Source: Azolla caroliniana (Eukaryota; Plantae; Polypodiophyta). From it: 64,000 bases of DNA. The stretch is from positions 6,758,001-6,822,000 of the forward strand of contig JBHGNT010000021.1 in assembly GCA_043228905.1 (NCBI GenBank), written 5' to 3'. The notes below the pieces were generated by a model, which saw only the letters and a list, made by a program, of their open reading frames with translations, was not told where the DNA came from and searched no databases. Positions 47,389 to 59,690 of the stretch are shown here, one piece after another. Both the position numbers and the translations under genes were made by a program. How positions within the stretch are numbered: position 1 is the first letter of the stretch; every line of letters starts with the position of its first letter.

Positions 47389-50300
47389 ATGGCGTCCTCA
47401 AACAATCAAGCGGGAGAGTTCGAAAGGATGATGATAATCGTTGAACAAATGATGAGATCTCGAGACAACGATGCGAGCGTGGAGAAGGCCGTCGACCATA
47501 TCGTAGAGCTCAAGGGTCAATTTGATGGAAGGAATGTTACGAGGTTCCTTGACGCATACAAAAGGGAGATGAATCAAAGGGATGTGTCTGAAGCGCGACA
47601 AATCACAAGTTTCAAGAGAGTGGTCGCCAACAACATCCAAAGATGTGTCATCGAGCTTCAAGAAGGTAAGACAACATGGTCTGAGTTCGAGAAATCGATA
47701 TTAACGGAGTTCGCGAAGGAAGAGTCGATGAGGATGACTCGACATGACCTGATGAAGTGGATAGAGAAGAAGAATAAGAAGATGAGTACCTCGAGGGTGT
47801 ATGACGAATTCGACCAGATGTTTAGTCGTCTCCCCAATACGGACCAAGTGCTACTTGAGGAGGACAAGACTTTATACTTCTTGAAAGCCGTGGACATGAA
47901 GGATAGACGAGAATTGGGGACTCTTCTCGAAGACGAAAACGAGACAACTGAAAGTAGTTGAGCCGCCCAAACAAAGTAACCCAGAAGAAAAGAAGATTGA
48001 CAACGACATCATCGAAGAAGTAGCAAAGAAGTTCGACAGGGTCACGCTAGCCAACATGAATCATCAAGGGCCCAAAGGAAAAGAACCCTTTAGATGTGTG
48101 TGGTGCGCTAGCATGGACCACATGAGAAGAGATTGTTCGAGCCTTTGAGACGTCATTCGACAAAATATCGTGTACATGGATGGCAACATGATCTGCTCGA
48201 GTGAGACTTGGAGACCACTGCGAGTGAATTTCGGAAGAGGGGGAATGAAGAAAGCTATGGAGGATGTCGAGGCGACTCATGTAGATGCGATGCACTATGC
48301 TGCGTTGGTCGGAATAAGAGTTGGGAAAGACAAAAATGAAGCTGCGAAAGTGGGAGCAAAGTTTTGGTCTTCCGTTCTCCAGTATGAGAAGATGGGGAAG
48401 GTCACATCGAACGAGGTAGAGCTTGCGGACCGAAGCGTGCAAAGCATAACCGGGCGGTTGGATCCGGTGGATGATAACACCATACTTGTGGAAGTGATGT
48501 GCGATAACCACGAGATGTTCGTCGAAGAAAAGAGAAAAAGAATAGAAGAGCAAGGCCCATCAAAAAGACATGAAACAAGGAACGCGAAAAAGAAAGAAGA
48601 TGCAGAAATGAGTCGACCTTTACAAATGGAGGAAGGAGACGCTAGCCGAAAAGTGGAGTCGATCAAACGAGTCGAAGAAACGGTTCGACCCGTGAAGATT
48701 GGTGTCGAAGACCCCGCTCGAAAGACAAGGACTATGCCTACCTATAAGCTAAGGTCGGACATAGAGCAAATGACAGACCTGAAGAAGATTCTCGAGGAAC
48801 GCGTTCTTGATAGCCATGTGACTTTGTCCTTGAGGGAATTACTCGGCATTACAAAGGAGTTCCATGACACGATCATGGACCTTGTAAAAAGAAAGAGGCA
48901 ACAATCGGATGAAGAAGAAGAGAAGCCACAAAAAGCAAAGACAAATGCCATAACGATGGCAAGGGACGAAGTCGGTGAAGATATGGTGGACAACCACTAT
49001 ACTCGACCTCATTGGGCACAAACGACAACGGAGACGCTGGTGAAGATCGGGGAGAAGAAAGAGACCGTGGTAGCCTTGATCGACCATGGCTCGAAGATCA
49101 ACCTCATGCCAACCGAGTTCTACAAAAAAGGAAGATGGCCAATCAATACAAACCATGGATGGAAGATTCGAGTGGCAACAAAGTCTACGGAGGACTTGTA
49201 CGGAGCTTGTCCCAAAGTTAAAGTCACGATCAGGGATGTGGAGATGGATCAACACTTCTTCATGCAAGAATCGGCGTCGCATCCTGTCATCCTAGGACAA
49301 CCGTATATCACATCATCCCCGATGGAGTCCAAGGTGTTCGATAATGGAGCAGCCTTCACACGAATCAAGAGTCTTGACAATCAAAGATCTGTTCAATTCC
49401 CAACGGTGTGAGCTAATCATGAAAGAAATCGAGATAGTCTTGGAGACGAATCCTCAGATTTTCAGAGCGGACTATTGAAGCATGGGGCACAAATAGTCTG
49501 AGCGATCGCAAGTCCCCACAAAGGAGTAGAGCATGTGGATTGCGAGGAGAAGCAACATGTGTCACACCTAGTGGCGCATGTAAACTAGTACTACTCGACA
49601 AGAAGGACAAGTGTCAGATACAAGACTTCGAGAAGATGCTGAAAGAAGAAAACATAATAGAAAAAGAAGAGTTCGTGATTCATATTATGGAAGAAGCCTC
49701 ATTTAATGACACCATCAGCAAGATCGAGGATGTCGTGGACTTGAGATATCTACATGATCATCACGTGATTTTGGTTGACTCCATCAACATGTACGCTATC
49801 ATCGATGAATACCATCGTGGCATCTTGATGGAGGAAGCTGAAGTCAACATAAAATATAAAATGGTGGATAAGAAGATCAAGCCAGTTGCGATTCCGCTAC
49901 CGGAAGATAGTTGGCAAAAGATAAAGGAAGTCGCTAATGATCCAAGCTTAAGAGATCCAAAGACAATAGATCATGTCTTCATCGAAGAGATGAAGGGGAA
50001 GCTACGAGTTGGAAGGGAGGATTTCCTTCTCCCTGAAGAAGAGCGAATGTTTTGCGACATGCTTAAGAGACATGGGAAGGCTTTTGCATTTTTCCCACAA
50101 GAAATCAGATGTGCTGATCCAAGGACGATAGAGCCGATGGTGATCTTCACGGTGCCGCACGTACCTTGGAATTTGAAATTGATACCAGTTCCGAGAGCAC
50201 ACCTACCAAAGCTGATCAAGCTCTTAAAGGTGAAGGTGAATATGGGAATTTTGGAACCATCGAATGCTCGTTACTCTAATAGGTGGTTCACGATGCCGAA

Positions 50301-52891
50301 GAAGAATGGATCATTGCGATTCATCCAAGATCTTCAACCCGTCAACAAGGTGACAATTCGAAATGTTGGAATCGGTCTGAGCGTGGACGAATTTGCCGAG
50401 GTGTTTGCGGGCCGATCCATCTACTCCATTGGCGATCTCTACTCCAGATATGATCAATTCCAGTTGGCAATCGATAGTCGTGACATTACGACCATGAGGA
50501 TTCCGATCGGGCTTGTGCGGATGTGTACCTTACCTCAAGGTGCAACGAACTCGGTGGCTCATATGGTGAATGCCATGAACAAGGTCTTGAAGGATTGCAT
50601 CTCGGACATCAGAATGCCATTCTTGGATGATATTCCGATAAAAGGATGTTTGGATGAGGAGAAAGATGAATCGAAAGATAAGGAAGGGTGTAGAAAGTTC
50701 GTCGCGGATCATATGAAAGATTGCGAGAAGGTGCTTCAAAGGCTCGAAGATGCGAATTTGGCATTTTCAGGAGAAAAATCCACATTCGGACAACCGGAGA
50801 TCTTGGTGGTAGGTCACTTGTGTGGAGCATATGGCCGGAAGCCTTCGCCATCCAAGGTGAACGCAATCCAGGATATGAAAGAAGAATGCGTGAACCAAAC
50901 GGAGGTTCGAAGGTTCCTTGGAGCATGCGCGTTTTATCATATCTGGATTCCGCACTACGCCCATGTCGTTGAGCCTTTATATGGACTATTAAAGAAAAGA
51001 ACGAAGTTCGAATGGCGAAGCGAGCATACAAATGCGATGCGAAGATTGAAGAAACTACTTCTTGAAGCTCTGACACTAAGAAAGGCCGACTATACCGAAG
51101 GGAAGCCGATTTATGTGACTGTAGATACGAGCCCAACTAGAATCGGGTGGGTCATCAATCAAGATGGAGAAGATAATGCGCGGTATGCCATCTGGTTCGG
51201 AGCAAAGGTTCTCAGCGAACGACAAGTCAAACGGGAACTTTGGGGTATTGTGTTGGCAGTGAAGACGGACAAAGACTACCTGATTGGGTCAGAAGTGATA
51301 ATTGAGACAAATTGTCTCCCAATCCTCAGGATGATGTCAGGATGTGCGACACCAGATCTAGCTATGCTAAGGTGGATCGCTTATATTAAATCTTTAAACC
51401 CAGAGATCCGCCACATTGCAGGAAAGAAGAACACCATGGTTGACATGCTGTTGAGGGCAAGATTTGAGAAAGAAGGTGACATGGTTTCGGAAGATGAAGA
51501 TGTCACCCTCGACTTCTTCAAGATAGCGAAAGACAAGGGCACGCTAACCCTCCACGCCTTCAACGAGGACGGGTACGAAGGGGAGTGGTTACTAATCGGC
51601 AGATTCCTAAGAACAATGATGACGGATGCTTCGTTGACGAAGGAGGAGGCCCTACGAATCCGGAAGAAAGCTTACCAATACTTCTTGAAGGGAGGATTCC
51701 TTTGGCGACACCCAAAATGAAGGACAGGAATACCACGTCGAGTGGTGGTGAAGGAAGAAGAGCAAGTGACGCTAATGACCGAATTCCACGAGAGTGCCTG
51801 GGTAGGTCATAGAGGAACATGGGTGACATTCGAGAAGTTGAAGGAGAAGTACTGGTGGTCAAGCATGTACAAAGATGTACTCCATTTCGTGTCCACATGC
51901 GAAACATGCCAAGTACATTCGAATATATGTCATGGTGATGAGCTACGACTGATATACCCGCTCACCATACACTTCAAATGGATGGTGGATCTGGTCTCAA
52001 TGCCAATGGGAGTGGGACAAATGAAGTACTTATCTCTAGCAAGAGAAGACTTGACAAATCAAGTGGAAGGATGAGCCTTGACAAATAAGACCATGTCGGC
52101 TGTTTGCAAATTTCTACTCGACGAGGTTGTCTGCCAATATGGATGTGTGGGAAAGATAGTCGCCAACCGAGGGGAGTTGGATGCACACGAAGCAACGGAA
52201 CTTCTCGAACGACTAGGCGTGAAGCTCTCCCTCAGGATTGCCTACAATCCAGAAGCGAATGGGAAGATCGAGCGAGGGCATGGACCTATCGTCAAAGCCA
52301 TTGTACGAGCATGCAACGGTCGAGTTGGGAATTGGCCATGACTATTGACCTATGCCTTGTGGGCTGACAGAACGACACACAACTTGGTGACAGGGTATAT
52401 GCCAACGGAGCTTATGTATGGACAAAAGCCGGTAATGCCCATCAAAAGGACGATCACCTCATGGGTAACGATACCATGGGAGAACAAGATGAGTCGAGAA
52501 GAGTTATTAGCGCCACGGATAAGGCAACTTGAAAGAAGACCTGAAGATCTAGAAAAAGCGCGAAAAACGATGGAGGCAGCCCGAGTGAAGAACAAAATTC
52601 GGTTCGACAAGACGCGATTGGGTATTGGTCTACGACAACATGCTTGAGAATCAACATAGTACAACAAGAAAGTTCGCAAGAAGATGGTCCGGACCGTATG
52701 TGGTGACAAGTGCCAACGATAATGCCACATACCACCTTGCATAGCTAGATGGATCAAGGTTGGTAGTACCCATTGCAGGGAAAAGAGTAAAGATTTTCAA
52801 GGAAAGACAAGGCGAGGATCCTGACCTTGATCACCTCGATTATGAAGATAATAGGACGGATGTGAATGAGGACGTGGAAGAATCTGATTGA
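47389..52891 (+). pseudogene. gag-PR and RT-RH-INT pseudogene
   Basis: FDGRNVTRFL; ALIDHGSKINLM; YSNRWFTMPKKNGSLRFIQDLQPVN..TLPQGATNSVAH..FLDDIPIKG; VTVDTSP; HESAWVGH..CETC; AYNPEANGKIERGH. Several stops and frameshifts. Confidence 0.92.
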
Positions 52892-55800
52892 TCACCGTAG
52901 CTGAAATTTCTCACTTTTTCTTCTTGGCACGTACTAGAGGACGTGCGGTTTGGTGGGGGTGGATGTCGTGAAGATTTTCGGCGATAGTGTGAAACTTGTG
53001 AGGAACATATTAAATCGAGTGTGGTTCTTCTCACAAAATATAAAACATAATAGTGAAGATACTATTTAAAATAAGTTTAATATCTTGGTACAAAAAAATG
53101 GAGGTCTTGAAGAGCTTTTGAATGCACTTTGTTACATAACAAACGATCAACTAAGTGTAAAGTTATGTGGGTATGAAGTTGCGAAAGAAGAAAAGAAAAG
53201 AAAAGAAAAGAAAAACAAACCTGTGAGATGTCCCACATAGATAGGTCAAACAAGGATCCTACAATATATAATGCAAAGCCAAAAGCTCTTATTTTGTTTC
53301 TATGTGTGGAGCATAGAGAGTTCAAGGTGACTTGAACTAAGTTAATCAAATGAATGGGTGTGGCCTAACTACTTGCAAAGGTTTTGGCCAACCAAAATCG
53401 AACCGGATCGGGATGCGACGATCGATCAACTGGTGACGAAATCGGCTACGGATGAGGACCAAACGGGTGCAAATCGAACGGATCGGTTGATCGCGGTGCA
53501 TGGTGTCTTAAAGATATTTGGTGTAATTACAAGACCAAAAGCCTAATAGTATTTTGTGCTTTAAAAGGGGATGTACGCAAGACTTGAACATTGCACCTCC
53601 AAGTTGAGAGTCTATAGGCTTACCATTAAGCCAAATCATTTCTTTAGGGATATGTTTTTTATCACTATACTTTTACATGTAATTCTCATACATGAGAGCT
53701 TAGATGATGAGATGGCAAGCATGCATTTCATGTATTCCATGTATGTCTGGCACCCTCACATGCACCATATGCATGGGGGCATCTATAAAAGAGTGAAGGA
53801 ATCAAGCAAGTGGGGGATTAATGTAAAAAAAGATGGGAATGTAAATTTTGGGGGAAAATAATAAGAAACTCGTTATCTTATTCATATATCTTGCCCCTCA
53901 AATCTAAAGTCAAGCGTTCAATCTTAATCTCTCTCTCTCTCTCTCTCTCTCTTTCAATCTATCTTAAATACTTTCTCACTAAAGCTAGTGCAAACTTCGA
54001 ATCCTTCCGGTCCAGGACTCCGGTGGTTCCGCCTCACGATCCGCGCCTAGTGACGGATCTTCACGACAATGCTTTCATCATGACATGACAAGCTAACCAT
54101 GTCTCACAATGCCTTTTGAGAAGAAGATATTGATAAAGGAAAAATAGTAGAGTTCGGATTGTCGCTAGAAGAACAATAAGCTAATTGGTACTCACAACAT
54201 GAAGAGGGTGCGTTTGAATAATTTAAACAACTAGCTAGTAAATTTATAAGGTTATTTCATCGGCAAATTCCAAAACGGGAGCTTATGAGACAATTCTATG
54301 TAGCTTATCAAGAAGCTAATGAAACAATTTCCCAATCTTCTATCCGTTTCCAAAATCTTCGGAGACAATTAGCACAACCCTCTCCTGAAGAAGATGTGAA
54401 GGATACTTTCTTATGGGCACTCCGAGAGCCACTTTGGAGCACACTAGCAGTATTCAATTTTAAGGAGCAATCACTCGAGGAGGTGATTGACAAAGCACTT
54501 GTAATGGATAGAACATAGACAAGCAATTCTATGTCAATGACATCCTTACAAAAATCATTACCAAACTACGAGGAATTAAGGTTTCACCAAGCAATCCAAT
54601 GCACAACTTGCTTGAATTCTAGGCATTCCATAGTAGAATGTACACTACGAACACATTGCCCAATTTGCCATTCAAAGGCACACACAATCGATCAATGTGA
54701 ATATAATCTCTTAAACAAGGTCATGACCCTAGTACAACAAATTGAGCCGCATAATGACCGAACAGATGACAAAATCCGATAGTCAAACCATTTCCAGGAA
54801 GGTGAAAGACCAAGATATGAGGATCGGTTTCGACCATATTGAAATTGTTGAGATGATTATGAAAGAGGTGAGCACCAAGATGAATATAGAAGGGACAATT
54901 GTTAACGATATGACCATGACTATTCACCTCACTATGATAGAAACGACTAACATCCATACAACAACAGAGGATCAAGATATTAGGATGATTGACGATATTA
55001 GGATTAGCGGAGGAACGAAGAAAATCAGTAAACTAATCGAGGGTTCCAACCAAGTGACGAACAACGGGATGACAATAGACTACCAAAGTTGTCATGATAG
55101 TTTCAATATAACCCTCGAATACGGGAAGAGCCAGAGCTGCAGAATTTTCGATTGTCACAACTTCAATTCGAGAAAGGCGAAGCTAGTGAGCCGGCTAAAC
55201 CTATCTGCTATATCTGTATAAAAGAAGGTCACTATGCAAATCAATGTCCGACAAAAGGAAAGGGTAAAGCTCCAACAGTGAATAATATGGTTTTAGCAGA
55301 AATATAACAAGTTACAACTTGGATTAAAACCAAGCAGACTGAATGGGACATGCAAGAAGCATTTCGGAAACCTACTAAGACATGGGTGGAAGAAACTAAT
55401 AAGAACAATGTTGACAGAATGCATCAGGAAAGTAAGAAAATAAACAATGGACAAGGGAATTCGGAAATTAGCCATGAAGTAACAATACAATCACCAACAA
55501 AAGATGAAACATGGCAAGTCCTAGCAGATTGTCAAATCACGTTACCCTTGGCAAGATTATTGAAACTAGTGCTCAGATTTACGGAAACAATCGCAACCAT
55601 AATCACAAAGAAGGGGTCGGAACAGGTTACTGTCAATTTTACTAATCCGATTAAGGGATCAATGATCATGGATGAGCAGAGTTCCTCAGTAAAAGTAATC
55701 ATACGAGGCTAAGAGGTCTCGAACATCATCATCGACGGTTGGTTGGGGGTCAATGTCATAAGCAAAACAACATGTGATCGTCTAGGCATCACTGGATGGG

Positions 55801-56146
55801 AAGTATGCCCATTTTGTCTACGAATGGCCGACACAAGCTCGGTTCGACCATTAGGGTTGATTAGACAATTGGAAATATTAGTTGGTGGTTATTCCTTTTA
55901 AATTTCGGCGATCGTTCTAACTCTAGACGCACCTGGAGCATATCCACTCTTACTTGGCCGACCATGGCTTCAGACTGCCAACATCAAACAAAATTGGCAG
56001 AAAAATATCATCACCTTTCTGAAAGGCAAGACAAAGATACGAGTTCCCACCCAAGGAAAGGTATTAACCAAGAGGGAATTGGGGCCTCTATATGCGGAGT
56101 CAAACAATATGATGGAAGGCTTAGAAGACAGTTAGATCAAGCAATA

Positions 56147-56578
56147 TGTTGAGATATCAAGCTCAAGTAGATTTAGTTAGTTCGTCAACACACGTAACTA
56201 GTTACCTAGATAGAATCTGGTTAGTGTGTTGACCTTAAAGCCTTAAATAGGATTTTGTACTTGAGTGGGATACATTGTAGATCCTCCACTCCCATGTTCA
56301 TTATATATAGGAATTACACCTTTGTCCCTATATTCTACTCGCACATGTGCACCTTTGCACATGAGATGTATATATACCTCACTATGGGTATTTTTGTATT
56401 TGATGATGCTTTTCAATATAGTTAATCATCCCCCATCTTGTCTCGTTGTTCATAGGCGTTAACGTCCTCTCTCTCTTCCTCTCACACACATACACAAAGA
56501 TATCACTGAATCTTCCGCTTAACTTAATCATATAATTAGGTACTAATCAACCCTTGCTTAATTACCTAATTATTAACA
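56147..56578 (+). mobile_element. Solo LTR (432 bp)
   Basis: TGTTGA...TTAACA with TSD CAATA on both sides; the host pol frame (KQ|YLEENPKIIPLF) is restored on removal. Confidence 0.9.
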
Positions 56579-58846
56579 CAATATTTAGAGGAGAACCCAA
56601 AAATAATACCCTTGTTCAAAATTGATGTAGTAGAAATTATTAGCCCTTACATTAACAATGATGATCTTGGGTCGGAAGACTAGATGCATCCATTAGATAC
56701 CAAATCCTTAAATGATCTCCACCATCAACAGGAAGCAATGGAGAAAGAAATGCAAGTACCTCAAAGGGTTTAGGCCTTCAACACTAGAAGAACTTAATCT
56801 TGCAGTGACCGATAGTGAGCACTGAGCAGAAACCTGTTCTAATAGCAAAAGACATGCAATTGAATGATAAAGCTAAATTGGTAAAATTCTTATGCCAATA
56901 TAAGGATGTTTTTGCATGGTCGTTCGAAGACATGAAAGGGTTAGATCCAACATTCTATCAACATCAAATTCACCTTCATAAAGACGCCAAACCTGTGTCA
57001 CGACACAATGACATAAAATACATAGTTGGTGAGGATTGAACCTACAACCTTACATCAACAAAATGTCAAGCTCAACCATTTTAATATGAGCATGCATTTG
57101 TATATAATAGTTTAGTATTCTATAGTCTAGCATATAGTACATTTCAGAATCAGAATATTCTAGTTGTTGTACATTCTATATTGTATGGTATATTCTAGAG
57201 ATATTTCTTGAGTATATTCTAGAGATATTCAATCTCGGAACTTGTATAAATATTTGTAACCTCGTCGGTCCCTTTCAAGGGATTCAACACCAGTCATTGA
57301 CATATCAATCTAGTATTCTCATTTCATGCCATCTTGTCTCCTTGATCTTCATCTCCGTCTTCATGCTCTCTATAGCTTCCTAAATTCATAGTTTTATCAC
57401 TTACCACTTCTACAGTTACCGTCACCAACATCCTTGGTTTTAGAGACGCCATCATCACCATAGTCATAATCGTTCTTTCTAGAGACGCTTCCTCATCATC
57501 ATTGTGTCGACTTCGACATCATCATTTTTTAGAACCTCTTGTTGTCTTCATCAACGCTACGTCGCCCAACCTTCATCATCATCAATACTACTATGCATGG
57601 TCTTTCATTATTGTCATTGTTCCTCCCTCTTCATCGTCATTGTTATCATTTAGCATCACAATTTTGGCGAGGATTGATTTCGATCACTCACCTTCACAGT
57701 TCCGATGGGGGTTACAGAACCGCTCACTTTCCTTGTGGGAATCGAATCATTCCTCACTTGCACTCCATTTTCATTTTGGTTCAAGTTTCATTGCACATTC
57801 CTTTGGTGAGGATCAATTTCGATCGTTCACCTTCCTAGTTCCAATGGGGGTTACAACCGCTCATTTTCTTGGTGGGGATCGAATCATTGCTCGCTGCACT
57901 CCATTTTCATTTTGGTCCACATTTCGCTCCACTTTCTTTTGACGATGATCGATTTCTATCGCTCACCTTCTAGTTCCAGTTGGGGTCACAACCACTCACT
58001 TTCCTGGTGGGGATCACGTTGCTAGCGCTACCGTTTGTGTCGTGTTTTGGGTCAACCGTGACTATTTACCCTCTCATGATAGAAGAAGTCGAGTCGATTG
58101 CTTCATCTCCACTCCGCACGTTGTTGTTCCAGTTCCTGGTGAGGACCACACATGGTCACTCACTCCAGTTCGTGTTTCAGTTCTAATTCCCGGTGAGGAC
58201 TGCACATGGTTGCTCATGTTCCAATTCCCGGTGAGGACCACACAAGGTTGCTCACGCCCAACGTTGGGCAAAGTCCCAGGAACAATGTTAATGTTCCGGT
58301 TGAATTGGGACTTTTGCCGGCCACCATGAGGGACAACCGGAATTGATTCCGGCGACTATTTACCCTCGCATGATAGAAGAAGTCGAGTCGATTGCTTCAT
58401 CTCCACTCCGCTCGTTGTTGTTCCAGTTCTTGGTGAGGACCACACATGGTCACTCACTCCGGTTCGTGTTTCAGTTCTAATTCCCGGTGAGGACCGCACA
58501 TGGTTGCTCATGTTCCAATTCCCGGTGAGGGCCACACAGGGTTGCTCACGCGGCTTTCATGGGTTCGAGTCTTGCCATATCATGACACTATCTTCCCCTT
58601 AAGGCGACGAGTGGAACGAGTCGACGCTGATTGCGGACCGGGTTTGTCCGGATACTTTCGATGGAACTCAGCAAGAAGATCTTGAGCATTGTCGACATGC
58701 TCCACGGGTTCCCAAGTACGTTCACTCGGACTATAGCCGAGCCAATTGACCAAATAATAAAGTTTGTTGCAAACAAATTTGGAGTCGAGGATGGCAGCAA
58801 CTTCATACTCTGGGCCGACATCTAACTCAAGTGGGGGCAGCGGTGG

Positions 58847-59690
58847 TGTAACATGATGGGGAATAGTGTTTTCTTTATAAGGTTCAAGAAGAGAACTATG
58901 GAAGACTGGATGTATCTGAAGATGTGGAGGAAGATCAAGGCGGAACGTGACATTATTAACCTTACCGGTAATATGTTAGGAAACAGGTCCCTCTGGATGG
59001 GAAGTGAGGAGAACCGGATAATGAGTACCCGGCAACAGAAGACCCGGTGAGAACTAGATGTGGAGTACCCGGGGCTACGGAAGACCCGGTGAGAACCGGA
59101 TGACGAGTACCCGACAACAGAAGACCCGGTAAGAACCGGATGTGGAGTACCCGACTACGGAAGACCCGGTGAGAACCGGATGATGAGTACCCGGCAAGAG
59201 CCGGATGGTGAAGGCCCGGTGAGAAGTGCTCACCGGATGAAGGGACATATTTGTAAATATGTTTTCTGAGAGTCTATCGGGGTTATATTTGTAAATAGCT
59301 GAAAAGTCATATTAGTATAAATATGACTTAGGGCAAACTTGATGATTGTGTGTGTTGTCATTCTTGTTGGTGCAAGATTAGAGCGCGTAACTGTGTACAG
59401 AGAGAAAGAGAGAGAGAGGAAGAGGTCGTTGCCTCTGTTGTAACCGCCGCCTGTGGCGAAGATAGCAAGCTCGAGGTCGTTGCCTCGGTGCTTTACTGTT
59501 GTACATTGTGATATAGTGATAGTTTGCAGTTTGTGGGCTGCCGTGGTTTTTCCCTAGGTTGGGTTTTCCACGTTAACATCCTGTATACTCTTCTCTTTAC
59601 TGTGTCGTGCGTTCATTACCTGTTTTCTGTGTTTGATTCTAGCCTTGGTTGTGGCCGAGTGTCGCGCTTAGGGAGTGTGTAGTCCTTTCA
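58847..59690 (+). mobile_element. Copia-type solo LTR-like insertion with an internal 40-bp tandem repeat; no TSD
   Basis: TGTAA...TTTCA; TATAAATA; CCGTGGTTTTT..GGGTTTTCCACGT motif typical of copia LTRs; repeats at 59009-59225. Confidence 0.7.

Larger units (their letters stand above)
46198..54068 (+). mobile_element. Full-length fungal-type (Ylt1-like) Ty3/gypsy element
   Basis: LTRs 46198-47316 and 52964-54068 (TGTCGTGAAGAT...ATCTTCACGACA). tRNA-Trp-type PBS TGGCGAACCCGACGTGAA 47325-47342. G-rich PPT 52951-52963. TSD ACGC(T)/ATGC(T). Confidence 0.93.
45358..56995 (+). mobile_element. Old Athila-like element (relative of 4163-14008); 5' LTR about 45358-45838, PBS 45846-45856, gag-PR-RT start, multiply interrupted
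   Basis: AACA-caaattt-TGGCACGCTCG. Peptides NDDANVEVHVHA|F, RFHQAIQCTTC, TWQVLADCQITLPL, LRMADTSSVRP and DVFAWSFEDMKGLDP are homologous to ORF 4635-10481. Confidence 0.85.

Noticed and set aside
59009-59225. Hammerhead ribozyme (GATGAG..GAA) in the LTR repeats
   Set aside because: Lacks the CTGANGA and GAAA cores.
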